DNA of 63,808 nt, counting the filler, from Atractiella rhizophila (lineage: Eukaryota), in assembly GCA_021432655.1 (NCBI GenBank). It is 9 parts of 8 records of this genome, joined end to end, with 100 filler letters (N's around TTAATTAATTAA, not from the genome) between each part and the next. Parts side by side here need not be neighbours in the genome. Positions count along the whole stretch, not along the records: positions 15,733 to 25,659 come from MU272095.1; positions 25,760 to 35,664 come from MU272096.1; positions 35,765 to 39,156 come from MU272097.1; 6 more parts are not named here. The stretch is one strand, 5' to 3'. The stretch's first letter is position 1. Each line of letters starts with the position of its first letter. Below are positions 23,942-36,945 of this stretch, one piece after another. The notes under the pieces were generated by a model that was given only the letters and a program-made list of their open reading frames with translations, was not told where the DNA came from and did not search any database. A program made the translations under genes and the position numbers.

Positions 23942-25659
23942 ATTTTCCCCCTTTTTTTTCCTATGCGTTCTTTTTGGAAACGGAAACGTTTGTGTGAGAG
24001 AATAGATGAATGACGTCCATCCCTTTGGCGGCTGGAAATGCGGTCATTGTGAATTGGATTTGAAATGGAATGTTCACTGGCCACTGGCTTGCTGCTGAGG
24101 CAGATCGAAAGGCGGTCTTTTGGTATTCTTTGCAGCGAGTATTGGCTGATTTCTCGAACAGGTTTGCCCCCAACCCGTTCGCAGCACGAATTTGCTAACG
24201 TCAGAGTTCGTATACTTGGAAACATCCGACTTCTCGGTACGAGAGCAGCTACGGCACAACGTTCGCTCATATAAAGGAAGTCCCTCCGCCTGATGACCAG
24301 CTCCATTAAATGGTGTCTCGGTTGGCAGTGATGTCTTGAGACTTGAGATATGTCTCAAAATGCAACATTCTTTTCCTTCACCCCGTTGACTCGTCGACTT
24401 GTCATAATCTTTGCCTACTCCATCTCCACAGCGTACGGGTGGTAACCATGCAGATGAAAGGTGGATGCAGGGAGGTTACACTCTTTCGTGACTTAATCTT
24501 ATCGTAACGTAGTCATATCAACGTTTCTATAATATATCCACCAGAAATCCTCCGTTCGGAATTCGGGCTTCTCCCAGATCAAGCGAGAAATACTACTAGC
24601 ATTAATACCTAAAATTCCGGCTCTCCGTCCCTCCTAGCAATTGCTTACTTCGTCGCTTTCCTACCGCATCCTGGGATTTTCTCACGATTCCTCCGTCGAC
24701 CTCAAACCTAGCGAATGATCCGCCTTCCCATCCTTCCAGCTCAACCACTCGCCTAGATGGAAGGCGCCTCTGCTTCTTCTGGCACTCCTTATCCGAGGTT
24801 CAACCAGCTACTCCGTCGCTTTGACAGCCCTTCGCTACGATACGAGAATTTGCCAACTCGATCTGGTTCGCCATCTCCCTCACACTTCAGATAAAGATCG
24901 TGTAATTCGGCTCGCCTAAAGTGCTTGTTGTTAAAGAAGGGAGAAGTTTTCAGGGAAATGTGGGAGAATGGGAAACAAACGCGACATTGGCCGTCCTAGT
25001 TTCTTAACGAAGGAGTAAGTTTTGGTGTCACTTCGCGAATGGCAATAGAAGTGCCAAACAGAGTCTTGTTCACGACTTCATGTCATGATGGCATGTCGTT
25101 TATGAGCGCAAGCATAACCCTGTGTAAACACAAACAGCAGTAAACGCTGCTAGACAAAATGCATTTTTGGCCTACAAACTACATATTGTATCTCAAGCAT
25201 GTCAACTGCAAGTCCTCCAACCTCCGACATCGATATCTCCCATAGTTTGAGGTGAAAAGAGAAACACGGGTATGAAAAAGGTGAATATTGTAAGAGCTGT
25301 TCTGCATGGAACACTGGAAATCCCACTCCCCATGCCGGATGCTTTTAGGGCCTCATAGGCGGAACATCTGAAAGTGAGAGATGTTACGCTGCCTCCATCA
25401 GACTCTGCTTTAAGCTCACCTGGAGCAGGCAGCTTTTGTGTTACGAAACGTTATAACGCGTCCTCCTTGTGGCCACACAAATGAGGCTTGATCTACTCAT
25501 ACGCCATCTAGTCGCGTAGCGCATTTCTCGCCACACTTTCGCTTTTCAGCTTTGTTTGATATGGCAGGGAAATGGAGAGCTCACCCTTCAGTTAGGCGGC
25601 TGGAAATGTGGACGGAAACGCAGTGGAGCAGTTACATACATATATCTTGAAGCTTAGAC

Positions 25660-25759
25660 NNNNNNNNNNNNNNNNNNNNNNNNNNNNNNNNNNNNNNNNN
25701 NNNTTAATTAATTAANNNNNNNNNNNNNNNNNNNNNNNNNNNNNNNNNNNNNNNNNNNN
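25660..25759. other. Artificial contig linker
   Basis: 44N-TTAATTAATTAA-44N. Confidence 0.98.
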
Positions 25760-26018
25760 GCTCGAGGGCAGATAGCGTTTCAAGAGCGGCAGGCGAGGCT
25801 GAAGAAAGCTTCTCAGGCTGCAAATTCGAGGAGGATGGAGGAGAGTTCGTGGCGGGAACTGGGACCCGGAGGTAGCATGGAACTTCGGTAGCATTAGTTC
25901 TTGTTCGTTCGCTTTCAATTTGTGCATATGTACAGTACGACAGGATCCGATGACAGCTGTTTGATACCCTGTGATACCTCTTCATGAACTTTTTCAGTCC
26001 TCCCGCACTTCCTATCAT
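25760..26018 (-). CDS. 5' end of an unidentified gene cut by the linker
   Basis: ATG-initiated frame open into the gap, divergent from the CX9C gene; no recognisable motif. Confidence 0.3.
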
Positions 26019-26096
26019 TCATCAATTGACATCAACTGGTTCATTGCGTTGAGAGTGTTGTAGCATCTGTATCTTGAGTGAAGAGGAAAATCGGAA

Positions 26097-26433
26097 ATGT
26101 CCACAGAAAAGAAGAAAGACGAGCTAATACCCACCAAGCTCGACTCACCATTCATCACCTCCTTCTACACCGAAAAGCAGCTATCCGAAAAGGTCAAGTC
26201 GCGGGCACGCACTCTCTGCGCAGAACAGATGCAACGTCTGTCCTCTGTCCCTCCTCCTTCCTCAATTCTCGCTCTCACAACGTCCGGATTCAATATTAAC
26301 CGCCATTCTGACGTTTGTTTTGCGGTGTGGGACAGGTTTTGTGGAATGCACGAAGGAGAACAACTTCACGGCTCCCTTCCGCCCCAGCTGCAGGGCAGCC
26401 CTAAAAGAGGCGAACGAATGTCTTAGGCGGTAG
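26097..26433 (+). CDS. Twin CX9C mitochondrial intermembrane-space protein (Cmc1/Cmc2-like); 3' end uncertain
   Basis: Splicing one intron (~26236-26335) gives CAEQMQRFVEC ... CRAALKEANEC. Confidence 0.7.
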
Positions 26434-26834
26434 TGCGTCCCCCTAATCCATCCGAGCCTCAAGCTCACAATGCAACGCTTGATCTCTCCAACCCAACATG
26501 TGGTGGAGGAGCGCTCGAGCTCTACCTCTGACTCCCGTGCGGACAGGCGACTGATGAGTTGTTGGGGACAGTAATACGCCAGAGGAGGTGGACAAGCTCC
26601 GTCTTGAGTTTTCACACTCTCTCTCCCGAAAGGGGAGCGATGTATCGGAAAGTTCAAGTTCAGCTGTTCCTGGTTCATCGACATCGACATCGACATCGAC
26701 GACAACGCCCATAGGGAGTGGGAATGAACGAATAGTGTAATGCAATCTAACTCATCCTAGTACAGTATCCCAATAATAAAAATACACCACCTCCCATCCT
26801 CATCTATCCATGAATTATTCCACTGTAGGCATTA

Positions 26835-28282
26835 CTATAAACCTTCCTCCTTCCCCGTCCTCGTCTTCGACAGGTCATTCAAATTCTTCTCCACCGCCGC
26901 CCTCAACCTCCCCTCCAAGCCTGCCCTGACGAGTTCTCCCGCCTTGAACGAGCTCCTGACGAGCGGTCCGGAGGCGACGTAGAGGAATCCCATCTCCCTC
27001 GCCTTCTCCGCATACTTCTCAAACACCTCCGGGGCGACGTAGGAATCGACCTTCATGTGTCGCTTTGTCGGTCGCATGTATTGGCCTAAAGTCACTACGT
27101 CTACGCCTACGCTTCGAAGGTCTGAGAAAGCCGAGGGTTAGAGTTAGCCTTCGAAAGGTTACGCGAAAGAGAGACGGGGACGGACCACGAAGGGTTTGTA
27201 TGACCTCTTCTTCCTCCTCTCCAAGACCAAGCATGATCGAGCTCTTCGTAAGCACTCTTCCTCCCGTAGTCTCCTTCGCCAACTCCAGCGTCCTCAACGA
27301 CTGTCTATACCCCGCCCTCCGGTCTCTAACATCCGGAGTAAGTCTCTCCACCGTCTCAACATTATGTGCAAAAACCGATAAACCCGCATTCGCTACCAAA
27401 CTGACCAGTTCCCTGTTCGCGAGGAAATCCGGTGTGAGAGCTTCGAGGAGGATGTGTGGAGCACGAGTCTTCGTCTCCCGAATCGTGCTCGCGAAGTGGG
27501 CGGCGCCATAGTCCGGAAGGTCGTCCCGGTCGACGGAGGTCATTACGATGTACCCCACCCCCCAACGCGAGATGGCAGTCGCGACGTTTGATGGTTCGTT
27601 TGGATCGAGCGGTGCTGGTGTACGTGAGGTGGAAACGGAACAGAAGCGGCAGGCGCGGGTGCATTCTGAGCCCATGAGCTGGTGGAGTTATTGATTGGTA
27701 CATCAGAGACGAATGTAAGGGAGAGGAGAGAGAGAAAGACAAACCATGATGGTGGCGGTTGCCTCTCCTTTACTCCCACTCCAACACTGTCCGATGTTGG
27801 GACACCGCGCCTCCTCACACACCGTATTTAGACCCAATCCTCTGAGGTCGCGTTTGATGGAATTGTACGACTCCGACACTGGGATTTTCGTCCGCAAGTA
27901 ATCAGGCAGCCTCATCCTATTTCCCACACACATCCAACGCATTCAGAGTTTCTTCTTCCTCCCCAATCAAAAGCCATAAAGCTATAAAAACGCCACAACG
28001 AAGGCAAGACCCAGGAAGAAGGTACAAGTAAAGAAGTAAAGAGACGCACGCAGTGACGTTCCCCATCCGCACCCTCCCACTGACAAACTCATCAAACCCC
28101 GGTCCTTGGTCCAAACGTTCCTTGAAGGAAGACATCCTACTTGAAGAGTTGGTGTTGGATGGTGCATCTGGTGGAAGGGGAGTGGAGGAGGAAGCGATAG
28201 ACGCGGAAGAGGTGGCGACTCCTCGTGCGAGGTTGAGAAGAGGCAGGGTGCGCTTGGCAGTCGTCGAGAGGGACATCCTCAT
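26835..28282 (-). CDS. LIP5: Mitochondrial lipoyl synthase (radical SAM)
   Basis: [67 protein letters not shown]; presequence-like N-terminus. Confidence 0.97.
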
Positions 28283-28476
28283 CAAACCACAGCTCCTGCT
28301 TGGATTGGTTTTTTTTGGGGCGAATCGGGAGTGGGTTGGTTGGTCAGCCTTGCGCTACCCTGCGCCATCCCGCGCTAAGCTTCCCGTCTAATCCTCAAAT
28401 GATTCACTTTGCATCGCAGAGTCCAAGCTGAGGCAGCTTATAAGGCAGCTTTGACGATCGTTGAGAGAGGTGCGAG

Positions 28477-31400
28477 ATGACCACTCTTACGTTGGCTCTC
28501 AAGGCTGGGGCCATCCTTACAGGGGTGGAATCCACACCTCTTCAACCCGGCGCTTCCAACACTGGCAGACAAGGGAAAGGGCAGGGGAAAGACATGCATC
28601 CCATCCTTCGCGCGAGGCTGGACGCCGTTTCCAGCCTACAAATAGATAACATCCCGCCTTTCCCAACTCCAGCTCTCGAGGAGGAGGAAGGCCTACTCGA
28701 GTCTGTTTACGGCTCAACAGCACTCAAGATCCTCGTCCTCATCGCCCGTCTCTCCCCTACCACATCTCCCTCAATACAAAAAAGCACATCTGCATCGCCT
28801 CCCACGTTTGGAATCCGCGATGTAAATGTCCTCCGCCTCCTTACTGGTATCGTCGTCCGCTGGGGATTGAAGGGAGAGGAAGAGTTGGAGGAGTTGATGG
28901 CATCCGTCTTCGATTGGGAGAGGAAGAAGGCTACCGAAGTCGGGGAGTGGGTTTTGAGGGAACACTTATCTGCACTGGTCATTCTAATGGTCAAGTACTC
29001 CGAACAGGCAACAGAAAGCTCTGAAGAGTGGAAGAGACGTCTCGATACGTTAAATTCGTCGTACGTGACCATTTCTCTTTCTTGTTTGATTTCCTTTCAG
29101 CTAAAGATTGAGACTGAAAAAAGGGAAACAGACTGCCCATCCGCTCCCTCCTCCCTTCGCTCCTCACAGCGCTCCACGCTCTCCCCTCCTCACACCTCCT
29201 CCGCGCACACCTCCGTACCCTCCTCCTCCGTCCGCCTTCTCTCCCGTTCCTCTACGTACTCCTCTCTCCATCCTCCCCCCCTCCTCATCCACAAATACTA
29301 GCGGAGGGGGCCGGCTCAGACTCTACGGCAGATCCTAAACTCCTATCTGCTGTATCTAGCCTCCTATTGGAGGTGTTGCCCATGGACCAGTTCTTGGAAA
29401 GACACAGAAACATGATGTCTCCGTCGATGACTCCCGATGTTGGAAGGACCATCTCTTTTGTCCTTCATTCCTTCTTCCTCACCCAAAACGGCAAGGAGGA
29501 ATGGCGTAAGTTTCTGGAGAACGCACGATCCGCATCAAGATCTGGAGTGGGGAGGGTGGTGAAAGGAGTGGAAAGGTTGGCGGGGATCGTGTTGCTCGAT
29601 CCAAGGGGAAAGGGAAAGGGAAAGGAGGAGCGCAATTGACATCGATCAACGTACTCTCCAACTACTCGCCCTCACTTCGACCTATGCTCCGCCCGACTCT
29701 GAGGACTTTGTCGACGCTATTCTTTCCCCTTTCCTCCCGCAACTCCTCCTCGTCGCTGCAAAAGCTCTCGAATCAGGAGAAGAGGAGGAAGGAGGGGAAG
29801 TGGAAATTATGGAGAATGGACAGAAGCGGCGGGGGAGAGGAAACCCAGCACTTGATTGTATAAGTGCTTATATAGGGAAGGTAAAGAGGGAGAAAGTGGA
29901 AAATAAGTTGGCCAACGTCTTATCCTCTCTCCACGATCGCGAACACAACCACTCCAGCTTCTCCATCAATGACAAAGACGAAGAGGACGACTTAACCCTT
30001 GTAGAAGGCACAGAAGCCAGCACCCTCCTGTCAGCCCTCAAATCCGCCTCCCTCTCCCTCCAAAGCGCCGGCTCCCTCCTCATCCGTTGGCTATCCGAAG
30101 CGCGCGTTCTCGAAGGCTCATCCGTCCAACCGCACCATGCACAGGGCACGGGGATCGGGGTGTTGTGGCGCGTCTCGCTCGTGCAGGCGGTTTTGGAGGT
30201 CTTTGGAATGGAGGTGCTGAGGGAGTTGGGGTTGGAGGACCTCTTGGGGTTTGTGGGGTGGTGTTTGGATCTGGATGAGGGGTTGGAAGGGGGGATGTTG
30301 AGTGGAGAGGAACGCGTGGGGTTGGTCGATGGGGATGAGGTAGATGAGATGGAGGGGGGGATGACGAGGGTTGCTTTGACGGTTTTGAGGGAGGTGATGG
30401 ATTGTATGTCATCTTCACATCTTACTATGCTATCACTGATCTCATGTCTCTCTCTCCTCATTTGCTTGTGCTGGTATCGCAATCGGGAAAAGCCACCGAA
30501 TTCTCCCCGACCTCTTTACCCTTACTGAACGCTTTCCTCCCCCGCCTTTCCACGCTCAAATCTCCAACACTCCGGCCTCTCGCATCTTCCCTCGTCGCAT
30601 CCATCAACCTCCAACTCTCCTCCCTTCCATCCACTTCCACCTCCGCTCCTCACCCACTCACAAAGCCATATACCGACGCACTCGCGCTCCTCAAACATCC
30701 CGACCTGCCCATAAGAGCTATGGGCCTCTCCTCCCTCCGCCACCTTGTCCGCACCAGCACTTCCTCATCCTTACCCTCATCCTCATCCTCCATGCCTTCC
30801 ATGCCGGAAGACATGTTTGAGAGCATATTAGACGTCTTCATGCTCAACATCCAGGACGAAGACTCTTTCATCTACCTAGCGGGAGTGGATGGACTCGCGT
30901 TGATGGCGACGGAGATGGGGAGGGAGAGGGGAGAGAAGACGCTGAGAACTGCACTGGAAGTTTATGTGGATGGTGGAGGCGAGAGGGAGCTGGATACTAG
31001 GTTGAGAGTTGGAGAAGCGCTGGACAGAGTCGTAGCGAGGATGGGAGAGGCTGTCGTCGTTCATCGTACGTTTTTGTTCTCTACCTTGCTCTCAGTTCTT
31101 AAACATTAGAACGGATGACAGTTCACACGTTGTTACCGCCTCTTCTGGAGACTCTCAAGTCTTCGAAGCAACCGACCACATTACGGATATCGACACTCAA
31201 CATCCTATCAACACTCATCATTGCACTCCCACCCTCTTCTCTCTCATCCAACAACCTCTCACACCACCTCCTCTCCACCGCCCTCGACATTCTCGAACTC
31301 GAAACCGTCCTCCTCCGTCCCGAAGACCGTCGGAAGAAGACGATACTGATCCAGGAAGTTCGTTCCCCTGAATCAGAATTGGAAGAGGATGAGGAAGAGG

Positions 31401-31813
31401 ATGAGGAAGAGGATGAGGAAGAGGAAGAGAGAGCGAAGTGGCGGAGAGAAGAGGATACTCCAAACCCGATGTCGACGGATTCGAAACACCCAGCACTTCG
31501 ACGAGCCGCAATCCACTTCGTCGCTCGCCTCTTCGCCTCCTCTTCCAATGCTCTCAACGAACAGATCGCCGAGGCGTTGGAGCCGAAGGAGCTATTACCG
31601 AAGATTGAGGAATTGAGACTGGGTACGGAGAGGAAGGAGGTGAGGGTAGATGGGAGGGAGGAGATGGGGGGGATGGAGTGGAGCTTCCCTAGAGAGTTGC
31701 TGGAGAGGACGAGGAGGGTGTTGGGGTTCGTGGAAGAGATGGATAGGGATGAGGTCGTGAGAGGCTTGGCTGGGGAGGTGCAGAGAGAGATTGAGGGACA
31801 GCTTGGTTCATGA
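28477..31813 (+). CDS. RTP1: RNA polymerase II assembly factor Rtp1 / TANGO6-like HEAT-repeat protein
   Basis: LPIRAMGLSSLRHLV, IQDEDSFIYLAGVDGL, DTRLRVGEALDRVV, TTLRISTLNIL, ALRRAA, DRDEVVR; multi-exon. Confidence 0.8.
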
Positions 31814-31950
31814 GATTACTCTTGTTTTGATGATGTTGCACTGATTACTTCCACCTTCATCATGATTTGCCAGTGGCTCCTGAGTTTACTGTAAAGGATT
31901 GAACTCCATCCGTCTGTACCACGCTCCAGCACGTTGATTTGGATCACTTG

Positions 31951-31991
31951 ATTGGCTGGCGCTGAGTTTTGCCGCAGAGATCTTATCTGAT
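31951..31991 (-). promoter_or_regulatory. SreA/Fep1/Urbs1-type GATA site ATCAGATAA (31983-31991) plus CCAAT box (31951-31955) upstream of hapX
   Basis: Plus strand TTATCTGAT is ATCAGATAA on the minus strand, an exact match to ATCWGATAA, ~107 bp before the ATG at 32098. Confidence 0.7.
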
Positions 31992-32097
31992 CGGGGCCAA
32001 CCCCAGCATGTCCGCTCCGATTTTTCCCCTTCCAAAAACACCACGACTTCTGGTGGCCATAGTTCATCCCTCAGCGTGTGTAGAGCAAGACGACGAA

Positions 32098-33661
32098 ATG
32101 CTGGCGATAAAACCTGCCTCACAGGCCTCCTCGTCTAGCGCACCTCTGACTCCAGGCACGAGCACCGTTTGGGAGATACCGCCTCGTCCTAAGCCTGGGA
32201 GGAAGCCTAAGAAGGACGAGCCTGAATCTGTACGTCTTTGCTCTGTCTTCGGGTTATCTTGGGTGGGAATGCTCGAGGTTGCTCGTCCTCACATTTTGCT
32301 GGGGTGCGCAGAAACGAAAAGCGCAGAATCGAGAGTCGCAAAGAGCTTTTAGGACGCGAAAGGCGGAATATCTCACGTCTTTGGAACAGAGGGTACAAGA
32401 GTTCGAGAAACAGGATGGGGAGAAGAGCGTATACTTTCAGGGGATCGCGAAGAGGTTCAAAGAGGAGAACGATCGGTTAAAAGAGGAGAACAAGAGCTTG
32501 AAGGAGCAAGTGGAGAGACTACAATCGCAGGTTCAAGCTCAACTTTCGAGCCCAGTCGGGACTTCATCCGTCCAAGTGGTTCAGGTCTCAGGATCACCCG
32601 CTCCATCTCCTCCAGAAGCTACCAATGCAGCCTTCCTCCTTGCTGGCCTCACCTCCACCGACCCTGCCGAACTTGAGGTTCCCACACGGCTTCAGATCCC
32701 ATCGGGAGGGTGTGGGCTTTGCACCTCCCCCGAATCAGGCGACTGTCTCTGTCGCGAAGTTCTCGCGGATCAACCTCCTAGTCCTCCGCCTTCCAACTTT
32801 GTGAGAGAAGAGCGGCCGACAGTCGTGCCACTCAAAAGACAGAGGCTGTCGAATGGAGCTAGTGTGAAGAAGGTTTGGGATATCGAGGACCATCGTCCTC
32901 GAGAGTGTACAGGGAATCCAAAAGACTGTTCAGCTTGTCAAGGGGACAGGTTCGTCTCTTGGCTTCTCCTTATACATACATGTGCAACAGAGAAGCTGAT
33001 GAATCGATAAACGACAGCTTCGGCCAACAATTTTGCACCATCTTATCCGACACGATGTGTTCCAACAAGGATCTTCGTTGCTCCACCTGTCCCTCAAACC
33101 TCAACCACAAATCAAAAGAGGTCCCTCAAGCTCAAGGAGGAGGATGTTGCGGCGACCCCGAATTCTGTACGGGCACCCTCCGTTTACCTCCCTGTTCCAC
33201 ATTCAACGCTCCTCCGTCGGATCCCTTGTTACCATCGAACACGAACGCATCTCCAACGCGCACCCTCATGCCTGCCAACCTGGCGTGGGAGCAATTCAAA
33301 GCGCACCCAAACATCGAATACACCGGTACGTTCCATCACATCTCTTCTCTTTCCTTCCCCTCCCGTCCACTTCTCCTTCACTGACTGATGATGTTCTTGT
33401 AATCTGCGTATAGATTTGCACATGCTAGCAAACGTCGTCGCCGCGCACGCTCATTGTGAAGACACATCCATCCCTACTCCTCGAACCCCTCCTCTGGGAT
33501 TTTCAAAGTTTGCACAAGAGGGATTCGAGCCTCCGAAAGAGCTTGTGCCGACTGATCAGCTGAAGAGGAAGAGGGTGGTGGTGGAAAGAGAGGGCGTGGA
33601 GGAGGCGATTAGGTTGTTGGATAAGGGTGCTTTTGGTAGATTGGAGAGCGATGGGTTCTGA
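32098..33661 (+). CDS. hapX: Iron-responsive bZIP transcription factor HapX
   Basis: Hap4-like WEIPPRPKPGRKP, bZIP KRKAQNRESQRAFRTRK, Cys-rich CGLCT..CLC, CTGNPKDCSACQGD, GGCCG, AWEQFKAHPN. Alternative in-frame ATG at 32008. Confidence 0.92.
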
Positions 33662-33909
33662 ATTCTTTGATTGATTTGAACCCTTTGTCGAAGTCAAGGA
33701 CTCAGTGTGTTGTACAATGGATCGCTTTGAGAGTTAAAAACTATGAATTGTAGAGGTAGAGGTGTACAGTATCTTATTGAGGAAATGCGAACTCTTTGAT
33801 CACATAAATGTGTACAGCAAATGTAACGTCGAAGTGGAAGAGAGTCATCTCAGCACAGCTACGTCTCACACTCAGTGTCGGATATGAAAAGAAGAAATGA
33901 AGACCAACC

Positions 33910-35664
33910 TCAATACAAAGAACCTTCCCTATTCCTTGTAAACTGCGGAGTCACCTCTTCCAGCCACCTCGTTATCTCCTCCACCGCCTGCTCTCTCGCT
34001 CTTTCTCGTACTAACGGATCATTAGCCGGTAAACGAAGATCCTCTAAGAAGCGAAGCATTCTCTTTATATCCTTGCTAAAGATTGCTTCTTCCTCCTCGA
34101 GCTTCGCCTTTATAATCCTCTGATTGTCCTTTGCGAGCAAGGCAGCTCGATCAACGACCTCGCGGGGCAAATCGAACTCAACCCTTTTCTTCGGCGGACC
34201 GTAGAATGAGGCTCGATGGAGTAGGGTACGGATATCGGCTGCACCATTAGGCAGAGATCGCATGAGTCGAAAATTGGGGCGTAAGCCCTGTTCGAGGGCG
34301 GAACGAACGATTTCTTGAGCCCGAATGGGATCTCTCGCCGAAAGATGAGCATTGTGGAGCACACTGAGGAAGTCCGCTTCCGCATTTTCTGTCGAAATGT
34401 TTGGGTCCGACCTTGCCTGGTCTAAAACGCGCTCGACCTCTTCGATGTTGCCTTCCAAGGCGTAGGAGGTCGCGAGCGTGACGTAAGGTTGAGGAGTGGT
34501 CGGTCGAATCTTGTATCTGGTGATGCTATCGAACAGCTTTCGAGCTCTCTTGGTTTTATGCACTCGAACCAACGCTGCCATTATGATGTTGTAATGTCCA
34601 TCATCCACGCGAACTCCGGACTTGGCGGCCTCATCGATGATGGCAAATGATTGGTATATTTCTCCCCTCGCACAGTATGCGAAAAGGAGAGATGCGACGT
34701 GACCAGGGGATGGGTTGAGGCCTTTGGATAGAACGTGAGCCTCAAGGAAATCGTCGAGGACTGACAGTGGAATGGAAGGTCGTAAAGCCACCTGATGAGC
34801 TAGTCGATTGAAATGAATCTGCGTCGAGAGTCGACTGAAGGAAGAAGAGTGGGAATCCAGCGTGCGATCGAAAACTGCATCCATTTTACGAGGACGTTGC
34901 CTGAGGTTCTCAGCGCTCGATTTGCTCAAAAGTGTCAGCTCGAAGTGTTGGTCCCCAAACTCCACACCAGTGTTTTCGAACGCCAGAAGCAGTTTCTTGA
35001 GCTCGGAAAGAAATGAGTGATTGATGCTGTCCTTGCGAGAAGCAATGATCCCCTTCAAAAGTGCAACAATCCTACTTTCATTTACCCAATCTCCCTTCCT
35101 AAGCGTCCCCTTCAACATTCCGATCTCGGATGTAATCGTCCCTCTCTCCGTGACGCTCCTTATATTCTTTACAGCCATCAGGTTCTTGGGTCCAGGCTGA
35201 CGCATCTGGATGTCAGAGACAACTTGCAATGTCCCATGGATAGTTCCCCCGTTCAAGGCTTGGTAATAGAAACGGCGAAGGTCCTGCGTCAGGGCTAATC
35301 CAAGATCAATAGCTTCCTGGAAGAGTTTCACAGCCATCTCCTTCCGTCCCAAGTAGATGTATACCTTCATGAGCTGAGCGTACGACTCTGCATTCAACTT
35401 CGGTTTCGAAGTCACAGAACCCCCTCGAGAGCTGACTCTGGAGCTGTACGTTTCTAGCCGTAGAACAGGACTACTTTCGATGTCAAAATAGTGAAGGTAT
35501 TTCATCGTCTTTTTCAAGGAACGTCTTTCCGCATAGAGACCTATCATGGCGTTGAGGAAAGCTGGGTCTTGCTGGAGAAACTTCCATTCAGGGTTGGATT
35601 TGAAGGAGCGCTCGATTTCGTAGATTTCCGACACGCCACCAGCAGATTTACCCAGAGAAGTCAA
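33910..35664 (-). CDS. Pentatricopeptide-repeat protein, probably mitochondrial (5' truncated)
   Basis: ~35-aa helical repeats: SYAQLMKVYIYLG, ASLLFAYCARGE, HYNIIMAALVRVHK, PYVTLATSYALEGN; 584 codons without intron. Confidence 0.85.
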   Translation of the reverse strand: MTSLGKSAGGVSEIYEIERSFKSNPEWKFLQQDPAFLNAMIGLYAERRSLKKTMKYLHYFDIESSPVLRLETYSSRVSSRGGSVTSKPKLNAESYAQLMKVYIYLGRKEMAVKLFQEAIDLGLALTQDLRRFYYQALNGGTIHGTLQVVSDIQMRQPGPKNLMAVKNIRSVTERGTITSEIGMLKGTLRKGDWVNESRIVALLKGIIASRKDSINHSFLSELKKLLLAFENTGVEFGDQHFELTLLSKSSAENLRQRPRKMDAVFDRTLDSHSSSFSRLSTQIHFNRLAHQVALRPSIPLSVLDDFLEAHVLSKGLNPSPGHVASLLFAYCARGEIYQSFAIIDEAAKSGVRVDDGHYNIIMAALVRVHKTKRARKLFDSITRYKIRPTTPQPYVTLATSYALEGNIEEVERVLDQARSDPNISTENAEADFLSVLHNAHLSARDPIRAQEIVRSALEQGLRPNFRLMRSLPNGAADIRTLLHRASFYGPPKKRVEFDLPREVVDRAALLAKDNQRIIKAKLEEEEAIFSKDIKRMLRFLEDLRLPANDPLVRERAREQAVEEITRWLEEVTPQFTRNREGSLY

Positions 35665-35764
35665 NNNNNNNNNNNNNNNNNNNNNNNNNNNNNNNNNNNN
35701 NNNNNNNNTTAATTAATTAANNNNNNNNNNNNNNNNNNNNNNNNNNNNNNNNNNNNNNNNNNNN
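35665..35764. other. Artificial contig linker
   Basis: 44N-TTAATTAATTAA-44N. Confidence 0.98.
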
Positions 35765-36945
35765 AGGTCATCTTCGATGTCACCTATAAGACTCATCCCG
35801 CCCTCAAAAACATGCTGGCCATCAACTACCAATATACTATCCCCAACACCGACCTTTACGAGGCTTCCCTCAAATCATGGATTGACTTGACTCCGGTTCG
35901 CCTTTCCCATCGTCTCCTTCCTCATTAACCAGTTGCACAGACGATGCGAGACTATGGCATGACGGACATCAGCGCCGCGGATCGTACCGCTCTCGTCATC
36001 CTGGGAACCGTGTTTCTCCCCAACGTGACGGACGTCTCTGCTGTCGACGAGGTTTTCGCTCCAATTTACCAGTTTGCGTCGGACAACAACGTCACTTTCA
36101 CTACGACATACAACCTTTATGATACCTACTGGGATATGGTCAAGAATGAGCCTTTGGCCACTCGCCCTGGTGGTCATGAGGATGCCGTCGTGTCTGCTGC
36201 ACGGTTTGTGTTGTTCCCCCATCTCTTGGGCATGTAGAGATGATGATCTTCTTCAGACTTGCTCCCAGAAGCGCTTACGCGAACACTACAGCGCTGGCGA
36301 AGTTCCTCGCTGCCCTTCCTGCTACATATATGTTCGATAGTCAGTTTCTCTTCCCTCTTCCTAACTAGTTGTCTTACAGGTCTTCCGCAGCCCCTGGTGG
36401 AAAGGCAACAGAGTTCAGTGTTGACTCTGCTTCTGTCAATCCTGCGTGGAGAGGTGCTAACGGCGCTATTGCCGAATACATCTGGTGAGTTTGCTACATC
36501 ATTCTGTATTTTCGCTCAAAATCAGTATAGGTATGAGGGATGGACAAACGCTGGACCTGCTTCGGAGCAGATTGCTGTCAGGCAGGGTGCCGTGGAGAAA
36601 CTGAAGACATTGACTGAGATCATTGGATCTGATGCCGTCTATTCGAACGAAGCTAACCCCGTATGCATCACCTCTTCTACGCTTGCTGAAAAAGAACCTG
36701 ATAGCGCTGTTTAGGATGAGGATTACTTCCCACACAACTTTTGGGGAAGCAACTACGATCGTCTTCTGCAGATCAAAAAGAAGTACGATCCCAAACGGCT
36801 GTAAGTGTACCTTCTTCAATCCACAACTACACGCTAATTTAATTCTTCCAAGACTCACATGCAATGTCTGTGTAAGTTAGCTCCTACTTTCGCTAGTTTA
36901 TAGAGAGCTGACACGACTGTTCAGGTCGGCTGGAATGGATATTGA
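35765..36945 (+). CDS. FAD-linked oxidase, berberine-bridge-enzyme-like, C-terminal part
   Basis: VTYKTHP, SVNPAWR, AVYSNEANP, FWGSNYDRLLQIKKKYDP, LTCNVC-VG. Confidence 0.85.

Noticed and set aside
24360..25659. Possible gene or structured RNA in the ORF-poor stretch (short imperfect stem ~24720-24766)
   Set aside because: No consistent spliced frame, tRNA boxes or convincing structure could be supported by eye.
26676..26700. (CATCGA)n microsatellite, and Glu/Asp codon repeats at ~31385-31428
   Set aside because: Ordinary short slippage repeats.
28283..28476. CBC:HapX bipartite motif (CSAAT-N12-RWT) in the LIP5/RTP1 promoter
   Set aside because: CCAAT and CGAAT cores exist but neither has RWT at the required spacing; the hapX promoter CCAAT also misses by one base.
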